A stretch of 53,952 nucleotides of DNA, counting the filler, from Streblomastix strix (taxonomy: Eukaryota): assembly GCA_008636045.1 (NCBI GenBank). It is 3 parts of 3 records of this genome, joined end to end, with 100 filler letters (N's around TTAATTAATTAA, not from the genome) between each part and the next. Parts side by side here need not be neighbours in the genome. Positions count along the whole stretch, not along the records: positions 36,054 to 53,952 come from SNRW01000660.1; 2 more parts are not named here. One strand, given 5' to 3'. The notes under the pieces are model-generated. The model worked only from the letters and a program-made list of their open reading frames with translations, was not told the DNA's origin and did not search any database. Made by a program: the position numbers and the translations under genes. This document shows, piece by piece, positions 53,868 through 53,952 of this stretch. Numbering within the stretch: the first letter of the stretch is position 1; every line of letters begins with the position of its first letter.

Positions 53868-53952
53868 TTTATTTCTCGTTTCACTTTTTTATTTTTGAAT
53901 CCATTCACTTCATTATACCTATTTGTTATTCACTAATACTACTTTCTAATTC

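Overview
Very AT-rich, intron-rich eukaryotic nuclear DNA that uses a non-standard code: TAA/TAG = Gln, and TGA is the only stop (table 6 type). The supplied ORF track is therefore mostly fragments or antisense noise. Genetic code, short GT-AG introns, NEK-ARM genes and a tyrosine-recombinase element suggest an oxymonad such as Streblomastix; this is inference, since ciliates and hexamitids share the code. Re-translating by hand gives, in order: a frameshifted tyrosine-recombinase (DIRS-like) remnant, a membrane-anchored S41-family protein, a CENP-M-like small GTPase-fold gene, an FHA/coiled-coil gene, TRM6, a GRAM-domain gene (cut by a gap), a ~12 kb multi-intron WD40 gene, a NEK-like pseudokinase with ARM-like repeats, RRP43 (cut by a gap), an orphan kinase exon, two large low-complexity Gln-rich ORFs, RPF2, a hypothetical ORF, a CDK7/CDK20-like kinase and an RRP7 C-terminal-domain ORF. 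Two 100-nt N-TTAATTAATTAA-N linkers mark contig joins. The best leads are: the start-less, RRM-less RRP7 that abuts the CDK tail; a CENP-M-like protein that keeps its P-loop; splice-acceptor-like sites just before most start codons; and a probably inactive S41 'receptor' with a Tyr-motif tail. All family calls come from motif recognition by eye, not from database searches.
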